Position numbers and translations under genes: made by a program. Source: a virus (taxonomy: Duplodnaviria > Caudoviricetes). From it: a stretch of 64,000 nucleotides of DNA. Positions 26,594 through 35,971 of this stretch are shown here, in pieces. Below the pieces are notes generated by a model. The model ran no database searches. It had not been told where the DNA came from and saw only the letters and a list, made by a program, of their open reading frames with translations. The stretch's first letter is position 1, and each line of letters starts with the position of its first letter. The stretch covers positions 102,548-166,547 of the IMG/VR virus record IMGVR_UViG_3300022746_000016; one strand, written 5' to 3'.

Positions 26594-26676
26594 ATTATTA
26601 CTCAATTCAGGATTAATGTCAAGCAATAACCCCACTAAAAGTAGGGGAATAAATCCCCTGTAAAATCAACAACTTA
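26594..26676 (-). promoter_or_regulatory. Early sigma70-like promoter with palindrome and IHF-like site
   Basis: TTGACA at 26622-26617 with an AATAAT -10; CCCCAC-taaaa-GTAGGG at 26630-26646; AATCAACAACTTA at 26664-26676. Confidence 0.7.
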
Positions 26677-28821
26677 CGCAACGTAGCCGATGAATCGGTT
26701 CAAGAGAACACGACTAGTCTTCTTAACGTTCAGGAATTTGCTGAAGTTTCTTGCAATGGCTTTAGCGTTTGCATCACCAGTGACTGTTAACTCACCCTCT
26801 TCAATCTTGGTAGATTCTTGGGGGATGATAAAAAGTTCATCACGACCAGTGTTCTTTACCGAAGCAAAACCATCAGCCTTGAATTCCTTGCGCCATGTGT
26901 CAACCAACAAGTCTTTGCTGCCAGTAAATTCTGGTAGATTGGAACTGATAACCCATTCCAAATCACGACGAGCATTGCGTGTAACGTAGAAACCAAGCAC
27001 AACGATGTCGTGACGATCTTTGATCATACGCAGCAGAACCTCTGTTTGTTTGCTAGAAGTTCGGTTGATCTCATATGTCTTCTGAGTACGATCGTCGCGG
27101 ATGTAATGCTTCAGCTTGATGCGTTTATATGTCGAGCCAACATATTCATTACGAACTTCATGCAGATTACCAGTCTTATGAGAAGTCATCGCGCCACCCT
27201 CGCCATCAGTAAGAGTAATCAACGTCATCTTTTCGATGTTGTTGTTCTTGATGTAAGTGCCAAGATTATGGTAGATCCAACCGAGTGCTTCGTTCAATGG
27301 AGTGCCACCCATGGAGTAGCCTTTGTTCCAGAAGAACTTAAAGTCTAACACACGTTTACACATAGTGTTGAACTCTGAAGTGGTCATACGATTAGAGAAG
27401 ATCTCCAACATATGCATAGTGTTCGTGGCATTCGACAGATATGACTCATCAGAAGCAGCACGAGCACGATGTACTTCACGTTGTTTCTCATAGTAAGCAT
27501 GATTATAGTCACGCTCATTGTATTGAGAAGTGAATGCCAACACACGATATGGAATCTGAGTGCGGTTACAGAACATTGCCAAGTTGATAACTTGTTTCAA
27601 CGTGTCTTCCATAACGCCAGACATAGAACCTGACCAGTCCAACAAGAAAACCATACCATGGTTTTTACCTTGTGGTAGAACAGTTACACGCTTAAATAGA
27701 TCGTCTTGCAGCTTGTAGGCGTAGACTTTCTTCATGTCCAAAGAACCAGACTTGGAGATCTGAGCGCGTTTGTAGATCTGCGCAGACTTACGCATCTCAA
27801 ATTCTTTGACCAAGTAGTTCACAGCGCGTTGAGAGTCAGTCTTGAACTTCTCGAAGCCCGCATCGATTTTATTTTGTTGTTCGATATAGTCTGGACGTTT
27901 TTCCAAAGTCTCTTTATCATACCAAGCAAGACCAGTCTTCTCAGAAGTTTCTTTTAGAATCTGTTTGAATGGAATGATAGGATCAGAAACATAAGCATCA
28001 TCAATCTTATGGTAGAAGTATTGAGTATCAGTGTCTGCCAAGTCTTGCAACTTGTCTTGGAAAGAACGTTCTGTCTTAGACTCCAAGTCGTCATCAGTTA
28101 CATCTTTCTGTTTGGGAGCAGTACCCTTCTGTTGCTCTTTACCAGCACCACGATCTTCCTGCTCCATATCATCGTCTGAATCTGGATCCCAGTCGTCATC
28201 AGTCTCAGCTTCTTCGTCAGCGTCACCTTCTTCGGCACGTTGCTTTGCAGCCTTCTCAGCTTCTTCTTCAGCCTTAGCTTTTGAGTATGCGTAGATGTCC
28301 TTAGCCAAGTCGATGATTTCATCGATGGTCTCAGTCTTCTCAGCACGATTAACGAATGGCTTTTCATCTGGATCGAATGTTACACCACATTGGAAACCAG
28401 CTTTAAAGTACAAGTTGATTTTGTCGATGAGCAACAACTGGTCAAAATCTTGGACTTGTTTCACACCAAAGAAGTCACGATCGTTCAGTTGTTTGTAGCC
28501 TTCGTTCATGCGTTTACGCAGACCTGGATACTTACGCTTGATCATCTTCTCGATACGCACATCTTCCAGTACGTTGAGATAAGACATCATGCTCTTATTT
28601 TCGTTGATTGGTTTTAGGTACTCTTCGCCTGTATACAAGGCGTGACCCACTTCGTGACCGATGAGCATATCCTCAATCTCTGGAGTCATATCTTTCCAGA
28701 CTGGGATCGTCAGTACACGATTCTTAATGTCGAACGATGCAGTGCGTGCACGAGCACGAACCACGTTCAGGTTTTCTGTAGCCAGCAAACGTGCTGACAA
28801 GTCACTTGCTTGAATTTCCAT
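26674..28821 (-). CDS. CobT-like partner: HExxH metallopeptidase-like N-domain, acidic linker, VWA domain
   Basis: GHEVGHAL...NVLEDVRIE; MIDAS DWSGS, GGTP, LTDGE. Confidence 0.85.
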   Translation of the reverse strand: MEIQASDLSARLLATENLNVVRARARTASFDIKNRVLTIPVWKDMTPEIEDMLIGHEVGHALYTGEEYLKPINENKSMMSYLNVLEDVRIEKMIKRKYPGLRKRMNEGYKQLNDRDFFGVKQVQDFDQLLLIDKINLYFKAGFQCGVTFDPDEKPFVNRAEKTETIDEIIDLAKDIYAYSKAKAEEEAEKAAKQRAEEGDADEEAETDDDWDPDSDDDMEQEDRGAGKEQQKGTAPKQKDVTDDDLESKTERSFQDKLQDLADTDTQYFYHKIDDAYVSDPIIPFKQILKETSEKTGLAWYDKETLEKRPDYIEQQNKIDAGFEKFKTDSQRAVNYLVKEFEMRKSAQIYKRAQISKSGSLDMKKVYAYKLQDDLFKRVTVLPQGKNHGMVFLLDWSGSMSGVMEDTLKQVINLAMFCNRTQIPYRVLAFTSQYNERDYNHAYYEKQREVHRARAASDESYLSNATNTMHMLEIFSNRMTTSEFNTMCKRVLDFKFFWNKGYSMGGTPLNEALGWIYHNLGTYIKNNNIEKMTLITLTDGEGGAMTSHKTGNLHEVRNEYVGSTYKRIKLKHYIRDDRTQKTYEINRTSSKQTEVLLRMIKDRHDIVVLGFYVTRNARRDLEWVISSNLPEFTGSKDLLVDTWRKEFKADGFASVKNTGRDELFIIPQESTKIEEGELTVTGDANAKAIARNFSKFLNVKKTSRVLLNRFIGYVA

Positions 28822-28823
28822 TA

Positions 28824-29012
28824 TTAAACCTCAAAGGCTTGCGCCATCTCATAATCAGTTAGGATCTTTTCCAACGACCCACGATCGACCAACCTGAATC
28901 CATCGTTCAGTAGATCAAATTCTACCTCATCTTTGAAACCATAGTCAAATGCTAGTGATGCAAGTTCAAAGTCGTTAAAGTCTTTCCACATAGTGGCGAT
29001 TGTCTGCATCAT
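28824..29012 (-). CDS. Small acidic early hypothetical protein
   Basis: 62-aa ORF behind AAGGA. Confidence 0.55.
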   Translation of the reverse strand: MMQTIATMWKDFNDFELASLAFDYGFKDEVEFDLLNDGFRLVDRGSLEKILTDYEMAQAFEV

Positions 29013-29125
29013 ATATCAATTCCTTCACTTCACAACCATTAGCATAAATTTCGGCACATGCCCGAATCCAAAACATCATTATTTTACCCTCTTTTACAAT
29101 CAGGTATCTCGAATTCGTAGACATT

Positions 29126-29192
29126 ATTTTACTCCAGTTGGTGATAAAAGGCAAGGGATAAATGACAAAACCCTACACAGGGTAGGGTTATT
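29126..29192 (-). promoter_or_regulatory. Early sigma70-like promoter with perfect palindrome
   Basis: TTGCCT-17-TAAAAT (29154-29126); AACCCTAC-acagg-GTAGGGTT at 29169-29189. Confidence 0.75.
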
Positions 29193-29218
29193 ATTTATGG
29201 AAACCAAAAGAGTTACTT

Positions 29219-30937
29219 TTAGGGAGCAGCAATCACACTGAAGTCATTGCGTTTCTCAAACTTAATCACACTTCTAAACTTGTCAAACAGTTGATCACCT
29301 TTGTGAGAGATGACAAAGATGTTGGTGTTGTCACCGAAGCCATTCATCAGGTTCAAGAAATAATCAGTACCAGCTGTGTCGAGGGAAGAGTCGAAAATCT
29401 CATCAAGCAACAACAGGTTGGTGTTCACTGAGTTTTTCATCTTAGCAACCTGACGCCATGTGAACAGAATCGCTAAGTCAATACGCATCTTCTCACCTTC
29501 AGAGAATGAAGCATAAGTGAAATCATCACGGTGACGCGACTTAACGATCTCATTGAATGCTTCATCTAGCTCGAAGTGGATGTACGCATCCATCGCAGTC
29601 AGGTACTTATTAATCAACTTATTCATCACGGGAAGATACTCACGGATGATTGCAGTCTTGATACCAGTGTCTTTCAAAAGAACAGCGGCAACTTCTTCGA
29701 TGTTACGTTGCTCTTGGAGTTGAGTCTTAGCATTGATTTTATTCATTGCTTCTTGTGCCAACTCTTTCAACTTACGCTTTTCTTCATCAACATTTGTTGT
29801 GTCAGCCTTTGCTGCTTCAATCTCTTTTTGCATAGAAGCATTGAGTTTATTCAGCATACTGATTTGAGCATTGTATGTAGAGACAGTGATGTTCTTATCA
29901 GTAATTTCTTTTAGGATCTCATTGATGTCATACAGCTGAGTATTCAACTTAGTAAGAACTTTATTCAAGTCTTCTACTCTGGCATTCTCAGCTTCGATCT
30001 TATCATTCAACTCTTTAAGTAACGCTTCTTTATGAGAGTCTGGAATGTCTTGTGAGCAGGACGGGCAAACATCGTTCTCATTGAAGAACTCGGTGTGATG
30101 TGTACAGTGTTCAACTTTGGCAACGACTTTAGATTTAAGCCCCTTCGCTCTTTCAATGTCGTTATCAATCTCACTCTTTTTCTCAGTGCGTGATTGGAGT
30201 GTGGCAATCTCAGCAAGTGCCTGAGCCACCGTAATTTCGCTTCGCTGTATTTCTGAGTTATTACTTTGGATTTTAGAAAGTAAAGATTCAATAGCTTCTG
30301 ACTTGGCATCTGTAAGAGTTTTAATGAGAAGAGATTGTCCATCAACTTTAGTCTTCGCAGTTGTAATCTCCCCCTCAATCCTCTTGATAGTGTCCTTAGT
30401 CTCATTAGCTTTTTCTTTCAAAATCGTATTCATTGTAGAGAAGATACGAATGTCAAGGATGTCTTCGATAACTTCACGTCGTTGCGCAGAAGATAACTGC
30501 ATGAATGGAACAAAAGAAGCAGAACCCAAAATAACTACTTGAGTGAATGTCTTGTAGTTCAATCGTAGAATCTGTTGCTCGAGAACCTTCTGGTAATCAC
30601 GACTGGCAGCGTCTTGGTTAACCATCTCGTTATCACACCAGATCTCAAAGACGTTTGGTTTGATACCACGAATGATTTTATACTCTTTGCTGTTGATAGA
30701 GAATTCAATTTCAACAACACATCCCTTACCATTGATAGAGTTTACAAGCTGACCCTTGTTGATATTACGAAAGGGTTTGCCGAATAGACCAAAGCACAAT
30801 GCATCTAAGATTGTGCTTTTACCTTCACCGTTCTTACCGATGATAAGAGTCGTGCTTGATTTGTTCAGTAATACTTTATTGAACGAGCTTCCAGTGGATA
30901 GAAAGTTTTTCCACTGGACAGACTTAAATAGAATCAT
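29219..30937 (-). CDS. gp46: Rad50/SbcC-like recombination ATPase
   Basis: GKNGEGKS, CPSC zinc hook, FSEGE signature, LLDE. Confidence 0.97.
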   Translation of the reverse strand: MILFKSVQWKNFLSTGSSFNKVLLNKSSTTLIIGKNGEGKSTILDALCFGLFGKPFRNINKGQLVNSINGKGCVVEIEFSINSKEYKIIRGIKPNVFEIWCDNEMVNQDAASRDYQKVLEQQILRLNYKTFTQVVILGSASFVPFMQLSSAQRREVIEDILDIRIFSTMNTILKEKANETKDTIKRIEGEITTAKTKVDGQSLLIKTLTDAKSEAIESLLSKIQSNNSEIQRSEITVAQALAEIATLQSRTEKKSEIDNDIERAKGLKSKVVAKVEHCTHHTEFFNENDVCPSCSQDIPDSHKEALLKELNDKIEAENARVEDLNKVLTKLNTQLYDINEILKEITDKNITVSTYNAQISMLNKLNASMQKEIEAAKADTTNVDEEKRKLKELAQEAMNKINAKTQLQEQRNIEEVAAVLLKDTGIKTAIIREYLPVMNKLINKYLTAMDAYIHFELDEAFNEIVKSRHRDDFTYASFSEGEKMRIDLAILFTWRQVAKMKNSVNTNLLLLDEIFDSSLDTAGTDYFLNLMNGFGDNTNIFVISHKGDQLFDKFRSVIKFEKRNDFSVIAAP

Positions 30938-31992
30938 TAAACAACCTCGATGTTAACTGCTTCGGTATATAAACCTTGCATGAATGTCTTAATCTGTTCT
31001 TTGTCGACATCAGTTGTAATAGAGTCGATATAATGAGTAAGAACAGAGACAGTATCTTCTAGAGAAATTTCTTCGCCAATTTCGCCTTCGCTGAATTCAG
31101 ACATATCTTCAACGATCTTAATATCAGCACATCCTTTATTATACAGCTTGGCAATGAATTTGTCAAATTTGTAGAAGTCAGTTTTGTTTAGAACAATTAA
31201 CTTCACATACATATTCTTCAAGTCAATTACGTCGAGGTCAATCGGCTCGACTTCTTTATCGTCGTACTCGATTCTTTCGAACATTCGATAAGGATTTGGT
31301 ATGAACTGGAGTCCTCGAGTGTCTGTATCGAACAGGTGGAATCCTCGGGGATCGTTATAGTCCTGCCAAGTAAGTTCATACGGATTTCCGAGATAATGAA
31401 TATGCTTGTCAGAAGAGCGATGGTGATAATGACCACTGAATACAAGATCAAATTTTTCAAAAATGCTTTTATCAAGTCCATCATGCGATTCCATTCCTCT
31501 ATACATCGAGAAGCCAGCGATCTCGAAATGTCCCATACAAATTTCTGCTTTAGTGTTCTGCATCATATCAAGTGATTCTTGATAGTTTTCAGGACAGATC
31601 CATGGCATCATGCAAATGGATGTACCATCAACAACGATGGTTTCTGGTTCATCAATAACGATAACGTTACTGTATTCTTGTAGAAGTAAGTCTGGAGAGT
31701 TTACCTCATTAGTATTTTTGAAATAAGTGTCATGATTACCAGCCAACATATGAACAGTAATGCCACGCTCTTCAAGTTTGTCGAAAAACATTTTCTTAGC
31801 TCTGTCGAGGGCATAGAAGTTGACGTACTTGCGTCGATCAAAAGTATCACCGAGAATAAGAACGGTGTCAATACCATTATCATCAATAGTAGGAAAGAAT
31901 GTATTGTCATAGAACTTTTGGAAGAAGTCTAAAAAAGCGATACTATCATTACGTGCACCAAAATGCATGTCTGTAATAATGGCTACCTTCAT
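30937..31992 (-). CDS. gp47: Mre11/SbcD-like nuclease
   Basis: TDMHFG, GDTFD, GNHD, GHYH. Confidence 0.97.
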   Translation of the reverse strand: MKVAIITDMHFGARNDSIAFLDFFQKFYDNTFFPTIDDNGIDTVLILGDTFDRRKYVNFYALDRAKKMFFDKLEERGITVHMLAGNHDTYFKNTNEVNSPDLLLQEYSNVIVIDEPETIVVDGTSICMMPWICPENYQESLDMMQNTKAEICMGHFEIAGFSMYRGMESHDGLDKSIFEKFDLVFSGHYHHRSSDKHIHYLGNPYELTWQDYNDPRGFHLFDTDTRGLQFIPNPYRMFERIEYDDKEVEPIDLDVIDLKNMYVKLIVLNKTDFYKFDKFIAKLYNKGCADIKIVEDMSEFSEGEIGEEISLEDTVSVLTHYIDSITTDVDKEQIKTFMQGLYTEAVNIEVV

Positions 31993-32156
31993 GTGCGATC
32001 TTCCTTCTTAACCTCATTGTCTGGATATAGTTTAACTTCAATAACACTTTCTCTAGGACATGTCAGAGAAAACTCAGATGCCTCTTGGAATGTTTTGAAA
32101 GTTTTAGTGACAACGGTATTGCTACCTGTTGCCATGTAATAACTAACTTTATACAT
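31989..32156 (-). CDS. Small hypothetical protein (55 aa)
   Basis: Manual translation MYKVSYYMATGSNTVVTKTFKTFQEASEF...EDRT*; coupled at both ends. Confidence 0.6.
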   Translation of the reverse strand: MYKVSYYMATGSNTVVTKTFKTFQEASEFSLTCPRESVIEVKLYPDNEVKKEDRT

Positions 32157-33376
32157 TAGATAAAACCCACCTTTCGGTTTGCTGTTGCAGTTGGTTGATT
32201 TTGCTGAACGTGGAACACTTCAGCGATTGAATACTTTTCAGTTTCTTTACCGCGTGGCTTGGCTGGCAGAGAGACATTCAATTTGTCTGCCAATGTTTGT
32301 GCTTGTGGGAGAGTCAAGTTATCGAATGTAACGATATCGAAACAACGACCTGGACGAACCAGTGCAGAGTCAATGTCACGGATAGATGGCAGGTTAGTAG
32401 AGAAGATCATCTTCTTACCTTTGGTAGTCACAAGACCATCACCAACGTTCAAGAAACGATGCATCATTGTGTTGCCGTCAGAACGAGACTTCAAGAATGC
32501 GTCAGAGTCTTCCAACACCATAACACTTGTGTCGTCTTCGATAAAGCGAGCGAACAAATAATCTTTCTCAAGAATAGCTGCATCGTATGTAACCATCGCA
32601 GATGATTCAGTGTGAGACAACAGACCACGAATGAATGTAGTCTTACCAGTTCCAGGTGGACCAATCAAAAGGAGAATGTTTGCAGAAGATTCCATGAAGC
32701 GATCGTAGTAGTCAGTCAACTTTTCGCCATTGAGGAATGGGTACATCTCGTCAACTGGGAGACGATCACGATTGAGTGGAACGTTGACAGAGTTACCATC
32801 GCTGGAGTAGATCCATTCGATGTAAGAAGTTACAATGTCGAACTTACCTGTAACCAAGTCAATGATGTATTCAACAAACACTTCATCACCAAATGCACGT
32901 ACAGTTGTTGAGTTACTATTCACAGAGTATGTGACATAGTTTAAGTCTTCTTCTTCAACGATGAATCCAGAAGACGCAGAACCTTGCACGAAGAGACAAC
33001 CTTCAAATTCTTCTTCAGACCATTCAGCCCAAGCCTTACGGTTGGCAAGAACAGTAGTCTCGCGGTGTAAAGTCTGCTTGTTTGCAGCCACTCGTTTCTG
33101 TAAGATTTCTGTAGTGATCAAGTCACTGAAATCAGAAACACCCATGAAAACTTTATTATCACTGTTACTCATAAACTCTTTCAAATTTGTCATGTCATCA
33201 TAATGATCGAACGTATAACCTTTCAACGTTCGCTTAGAACCAGCAGCTGCTCTTACACGATTGCGTCTTGCAGTTCTTGGTCGCCCACCAGCATAACCAG
33301 ATCGAATCCGATTAAGGAATGAACTTACTTCACTCGGAGTCGCCGCTGGACGGGTTTGTATCGCCTTGGTAGTCAT
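32156..33376 (-). CDS. AAA+ ATPase (classical-clade-like) with Arg-rich N-terminal extension
   Basis: GPPGTGKT, VLEDSD, STN...IDSALVRPGRCFD; C-terminal KVGFI. Confidence 0.85.
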   Translation of the reverse strand: MTTKAIQTRPAATPSEVSSFLNRIRSGYAGGRPRTARRNRVRAAAGSKRTLKGYTFDHYDDMTNLKEFMSNSDNKVFMGVSDFSDLITTEILQKRVAANKQTLHRETTVLANRKAWAEWSEEEFEGCLFVQGSASSGFIVEEEDLNYVTYSVNSNSTTVRAFGDEVFVEYIIDLVTGKFDIVTSYIEWIYSSDGNSVNVPLNRDRLPVDEMYPFLNGEKLTDYYDRFMESSANILLLIGPPGTGKTTFIRGLLSHTESSAMVTYDAAILEKDYLFARFIEDDTSVMVLEDSDAFLKSRSDGNTMMHRFLNVGDGLVTTKGKKMIFSTNLPSIRDIDSALVRPGRCFDIVTFDNLTLPQAQTLADKLNVSLPAKPRGKETEKYSIAEVFHVQQNQPTATANRKVGFI

Positions 33377-33905
33377 CTACTTCACCTATAAAATCATCTA
33401 GAGAGGTTTGCTTCTTTTTAGCTTTTGCAGCCTTCTTTGTAATAAAGGAATCATCGAATGTATGGTTGTTCTGCATAAAGTCGAGATAAGCATTATGGAA
33501 TTCGCCACCATCGTCTTGGTCTTGCAATTCAAACGCTTCAAACGGCATGTCCTGAATCAGCTTACCCTTAATGTATGATTGCTTCTTCTCTTTAGCAATT
33601 CTACGCAAGAAAGCATAGTAAATGATTTGAGTGAAGTAAGCGAAAGGATTGTTTGATTTAGATGGATCGAAGTTATTGATGTACTGTAGACAGTTCTCGA
33701 TTCCATCTGAAATCATCTCCTCACGATAAGAGTAGTTGATAAAGTTCGGCTTGTACGAAAGGTGATTGGCAATTTTTAGAATACATTCGCCGATGTAGTT
33801 GCTAACTTGGGGTGGTGGTAATCCCTTCTCCTTAGCGTCGAGGACTTTAGTTCGATACTCCGAGATTGCCACCAGAAAGTCAGCGTTATTTACGTAGTGT
33901 GCCAT
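33330..33905 (-). CDS. gp55: Late-transcription sigma factor
   Basis: HYVNN, YSYREEMISDGIENC, NPFAYFTQI; SLDDF near the C-terminus. Confidence 0.96.
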   Translation of the reverse strand: MAHYVNNADFLVAISEYRTKVLDAKEKGLPPPQVSNYIGECILKIANHLSYKPNFINYSYREEMISDGIENCLQYINNFDPSKSNNPFAYFTQIIYYAFLRRIAKEKKQSYIKGKLIQDMPFEAFELQDQDDGGEFHNAYLDFMQNNHTFDDSFITKKAAKAKKKQTSLDDFIGEVDDYQGDTNPSSGDSE

Positions 33906-33941
33906 ACATGATATTTTCCTTTGATTAACAAAGCAACAGTA

Positions 33942-33970
33942 AGTATACCTCTGTAGCAACTGCAAGACAA
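33942..33970 (-). promoter_or_regulatory. Sigma70-like promoter for gp55
   Basis: TTGTCT-17-TATACT. Confidence 0.65.
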
Positions 33971-34061
33971 CTTTATCTGCATTGCAATTTAGATTTGCTT
34001 ATTTAGTTGACTTAGGGCATAATTCACTGTGTTAGGGTTGATGCTGAATAGAGTAACTTAG

Positions 34062-34496
34062 TTAGTGTCTAGTATCGTTTCCTTCGATATAGATTCCTTC
34101 TCCATCTCCTTCTTCTGGTTCGATCTCGTCATCGAGAGCATCCCCGAATGCTTCAACCAGAGCTGCAATCTTTTGCTTCTCTTCTTTAGAAGGTTCTCTT
34201 AACTCTACATCATTGTGCTCCTGCACGATTCGTATGTAGTGAGGCACGAACGATGAATGCATCGCTTTTATGAATAACACATTCTTCTTATCTATCAAGT
34301 AAGAATCGTCTCTCGAAAACTGGCAGAATGGAGCAGCTGTCACGTGTTCTTTTCCTGTCGCAAAGTTCGGTGTTGTCTTTACAACCATCGGATGCAGCAA
34401 TTCAATATACGTATCGTCTTCCTCTTGCAAGGCAGACATTACCTGTTCACCACTAGTAAATTTGACTACAACGAAAACTTCTTTTCCAGTTAGCAT
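34062..34496 (-). CDS. Conserved hypothetical protein downstream of uvsW
   Basis: VKFTSGEQV; typical uvsW-X-gp55 synteny of aquatic T4-like phages. Confidence 0.7.
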   Translation of the reverse strand: MLTGKEVFVVVKFTSGEQVMSALQEEDDTYIELLHPMVVKTTPNFATGKEHVTAAPFCQFSRDDSYLIDKKNVLFIKAMHSSFVPHYIRIVQEHNDVELREPSKEEKQKIAALVEAFGDALDDEIEPEEGDGEGIYIEGNDTRH

Positions 34497-35971
34497 AGTA
34501 CTACCTCTACGACTTTCAATTTAAATTCTTCTTCTGCATACGTCTTGTAACGTTCTGCAGCATGGTTCAGCGTATGATTTTTCCAAGACTTCCAATGTAA
34601 ATCATCGGCAAGGTCATAGAGATTACAATGCGTCTTGCCACTCTTCAATCGCAAGCCACGACCAATAGATTGTAAGTTACGAATCTTAGACTTAGATGGT
34701 GATGCGAAAATTACGTTCTCGATCGAAGGAATGTTAATACCAGTAGAGAATGTACCGTATGATGCAACAATAATAGCATCTTCTTCGCTTTCGCAAATAT
34801 GACGAATTGCTTCGCGATCTGCAGTATCAGTACCACCATAAACAAAGAAAATCTTTCTCTTATTATGGGCTTTGTCTTTGATTAGATCGTATAGAACTTT
34901 ACCGTGTTTCTCAACATACTGGAATAACACAAGAGTGTTACCACCTGATTTTATAGCCAAGTTACGGATAAAGTTATTACGTTGTTCTTGTCCAACGATA
35001 AAATCCATCTCTTCTTGGTATGTGTTATTCTTTCTTACCTTGCGCACTTCATCATTATACTTCAATAAGATACAAGTGATGTTTAGCGTAGCAAGTTTGT
35101 TAGAATCCATCAATGCTTTAGTAGTGGTAACTCTATGCACTGGACCAAACATACCTTCAAGAACCAGACGGTGAACCTTCTTGTTATCTAGCGTACCAGT
35201 TGTCCCGATACGATAACGAATATTGTCCATCTTTTCCATAACTGTTGTTAAGGATTTTGCTTTGAATTGGTGAGCCTCGTCTCCGAAGATAACATCAAAC
35301 TGAGCGAACCACGACTTTGGTTGTAGGTATACCGACTGCCAAGTAGTAATCAAGACGCTTGATGTAAAGTCTTTACTGAATCCAGCGTATAACTTTTGAC
35401 ACTTACGGTCAACATCCCATCCATTAGCAGAAGAATAATCTTTAAAGTCTGCGTGTAACTGCTCAACAAGAGATGTTGTTGGCACAATAATGATACACTT
35501 ACGTTTATTCGCAACGTGGTATCTCATTGTCGTGTAAATGATAAATGACTTTCCAGAAGCAGTCGGAGATAATAGCAGTGTGCGCTCTTGATCGAGAGCA
35601 GTCTTTACTGCTTCTATCTGATAGTCTCGAATCTCGATAGGTTGGCCACGACCCATAGGGTTTAGTGACTTGGCGTATGCTTCTACCTGTTCTGCTGTAA
35701 TACCGTTACGTGTTAGAACTGGAGTTACATACTCTAATTCATATCCGTTACGTGTAGCGAATTCCTCAACGTATGCCACCAAACCGACATACAATGTCTT
35801 TCTTATTTGGTCATACAAACGCACCTTACCATCCCACAAACGCGCTCTATATTGTGGAGTGAATTTAGCACCTGGATATTCGTAGGTAAAGAAGTCTGCT
35901 AGTTCTTGTTCGATGCTGGCATCAGAAAAGACTCTTACATAAACCTCATCGAGTTTCTCAATCTTAATCAT
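34490..35971 (-). CDS. uvsW: SF2 helicase UvsW
   Basis: SPTASGKS, DEAH, TTGT, QSIGRGLR. Confidence 0.96.
   Translation of the reverse strand: MIKIEKLDEVYVRVFSDASIEQELADFFTYEYPGAKFTPQYRARLWDGKVRLYDQIRKTLYVGLVAYVEEFATRNGYELEYVTPVLTRNGITAEQVEAYAKSLNPMGRGQPIEIRDYQIEAVKTALDQERTLLLSPTASGKSFIIYTTMRYHVANKRKCIIIVPTTSLVEQLHADFKDYSSANGWDVDRKCQKLYAGFSKDFTSSVLITTWQSVYLQPKSWFAQFDVIFGDEAHQFKAKSLTTVMEKMDNIRYRIGTTGTLDNKKVHRLVLEGMFGPVHRVTTTKALMDSNKLATLNITCILLKYNDEVRKVRKNNTYQEEMDFIVGQEQRNNFIRNLAIKSGGNTLVLFQYVEKHGKVLYDLIKDKAHNKRKIFFVYGGTDTADREAIRHICESEEDAIIVASYGTFSTGINIPSIENVIFASPSKSKIRNLQSIGRGLRLKSGKTHCNLYDLADDLHWKSWKNHTLNHAAERYKTYAEEEFKLKVVEVVLC

Noticed and set aside
25412-28821. Cobalamin biosynthesis (cobS/cobT) as auxiliary metabolism
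   Set aside because: No cobN or other cob genes are present; the architecture fits a generic MoxR-VWA pair.
28976-29080. Possible 34-aa early ORF (MMFWIRACAE...)
   Set aside because: Too short, overlaps the next gene and has no recognisable motif; it cannot be supported.
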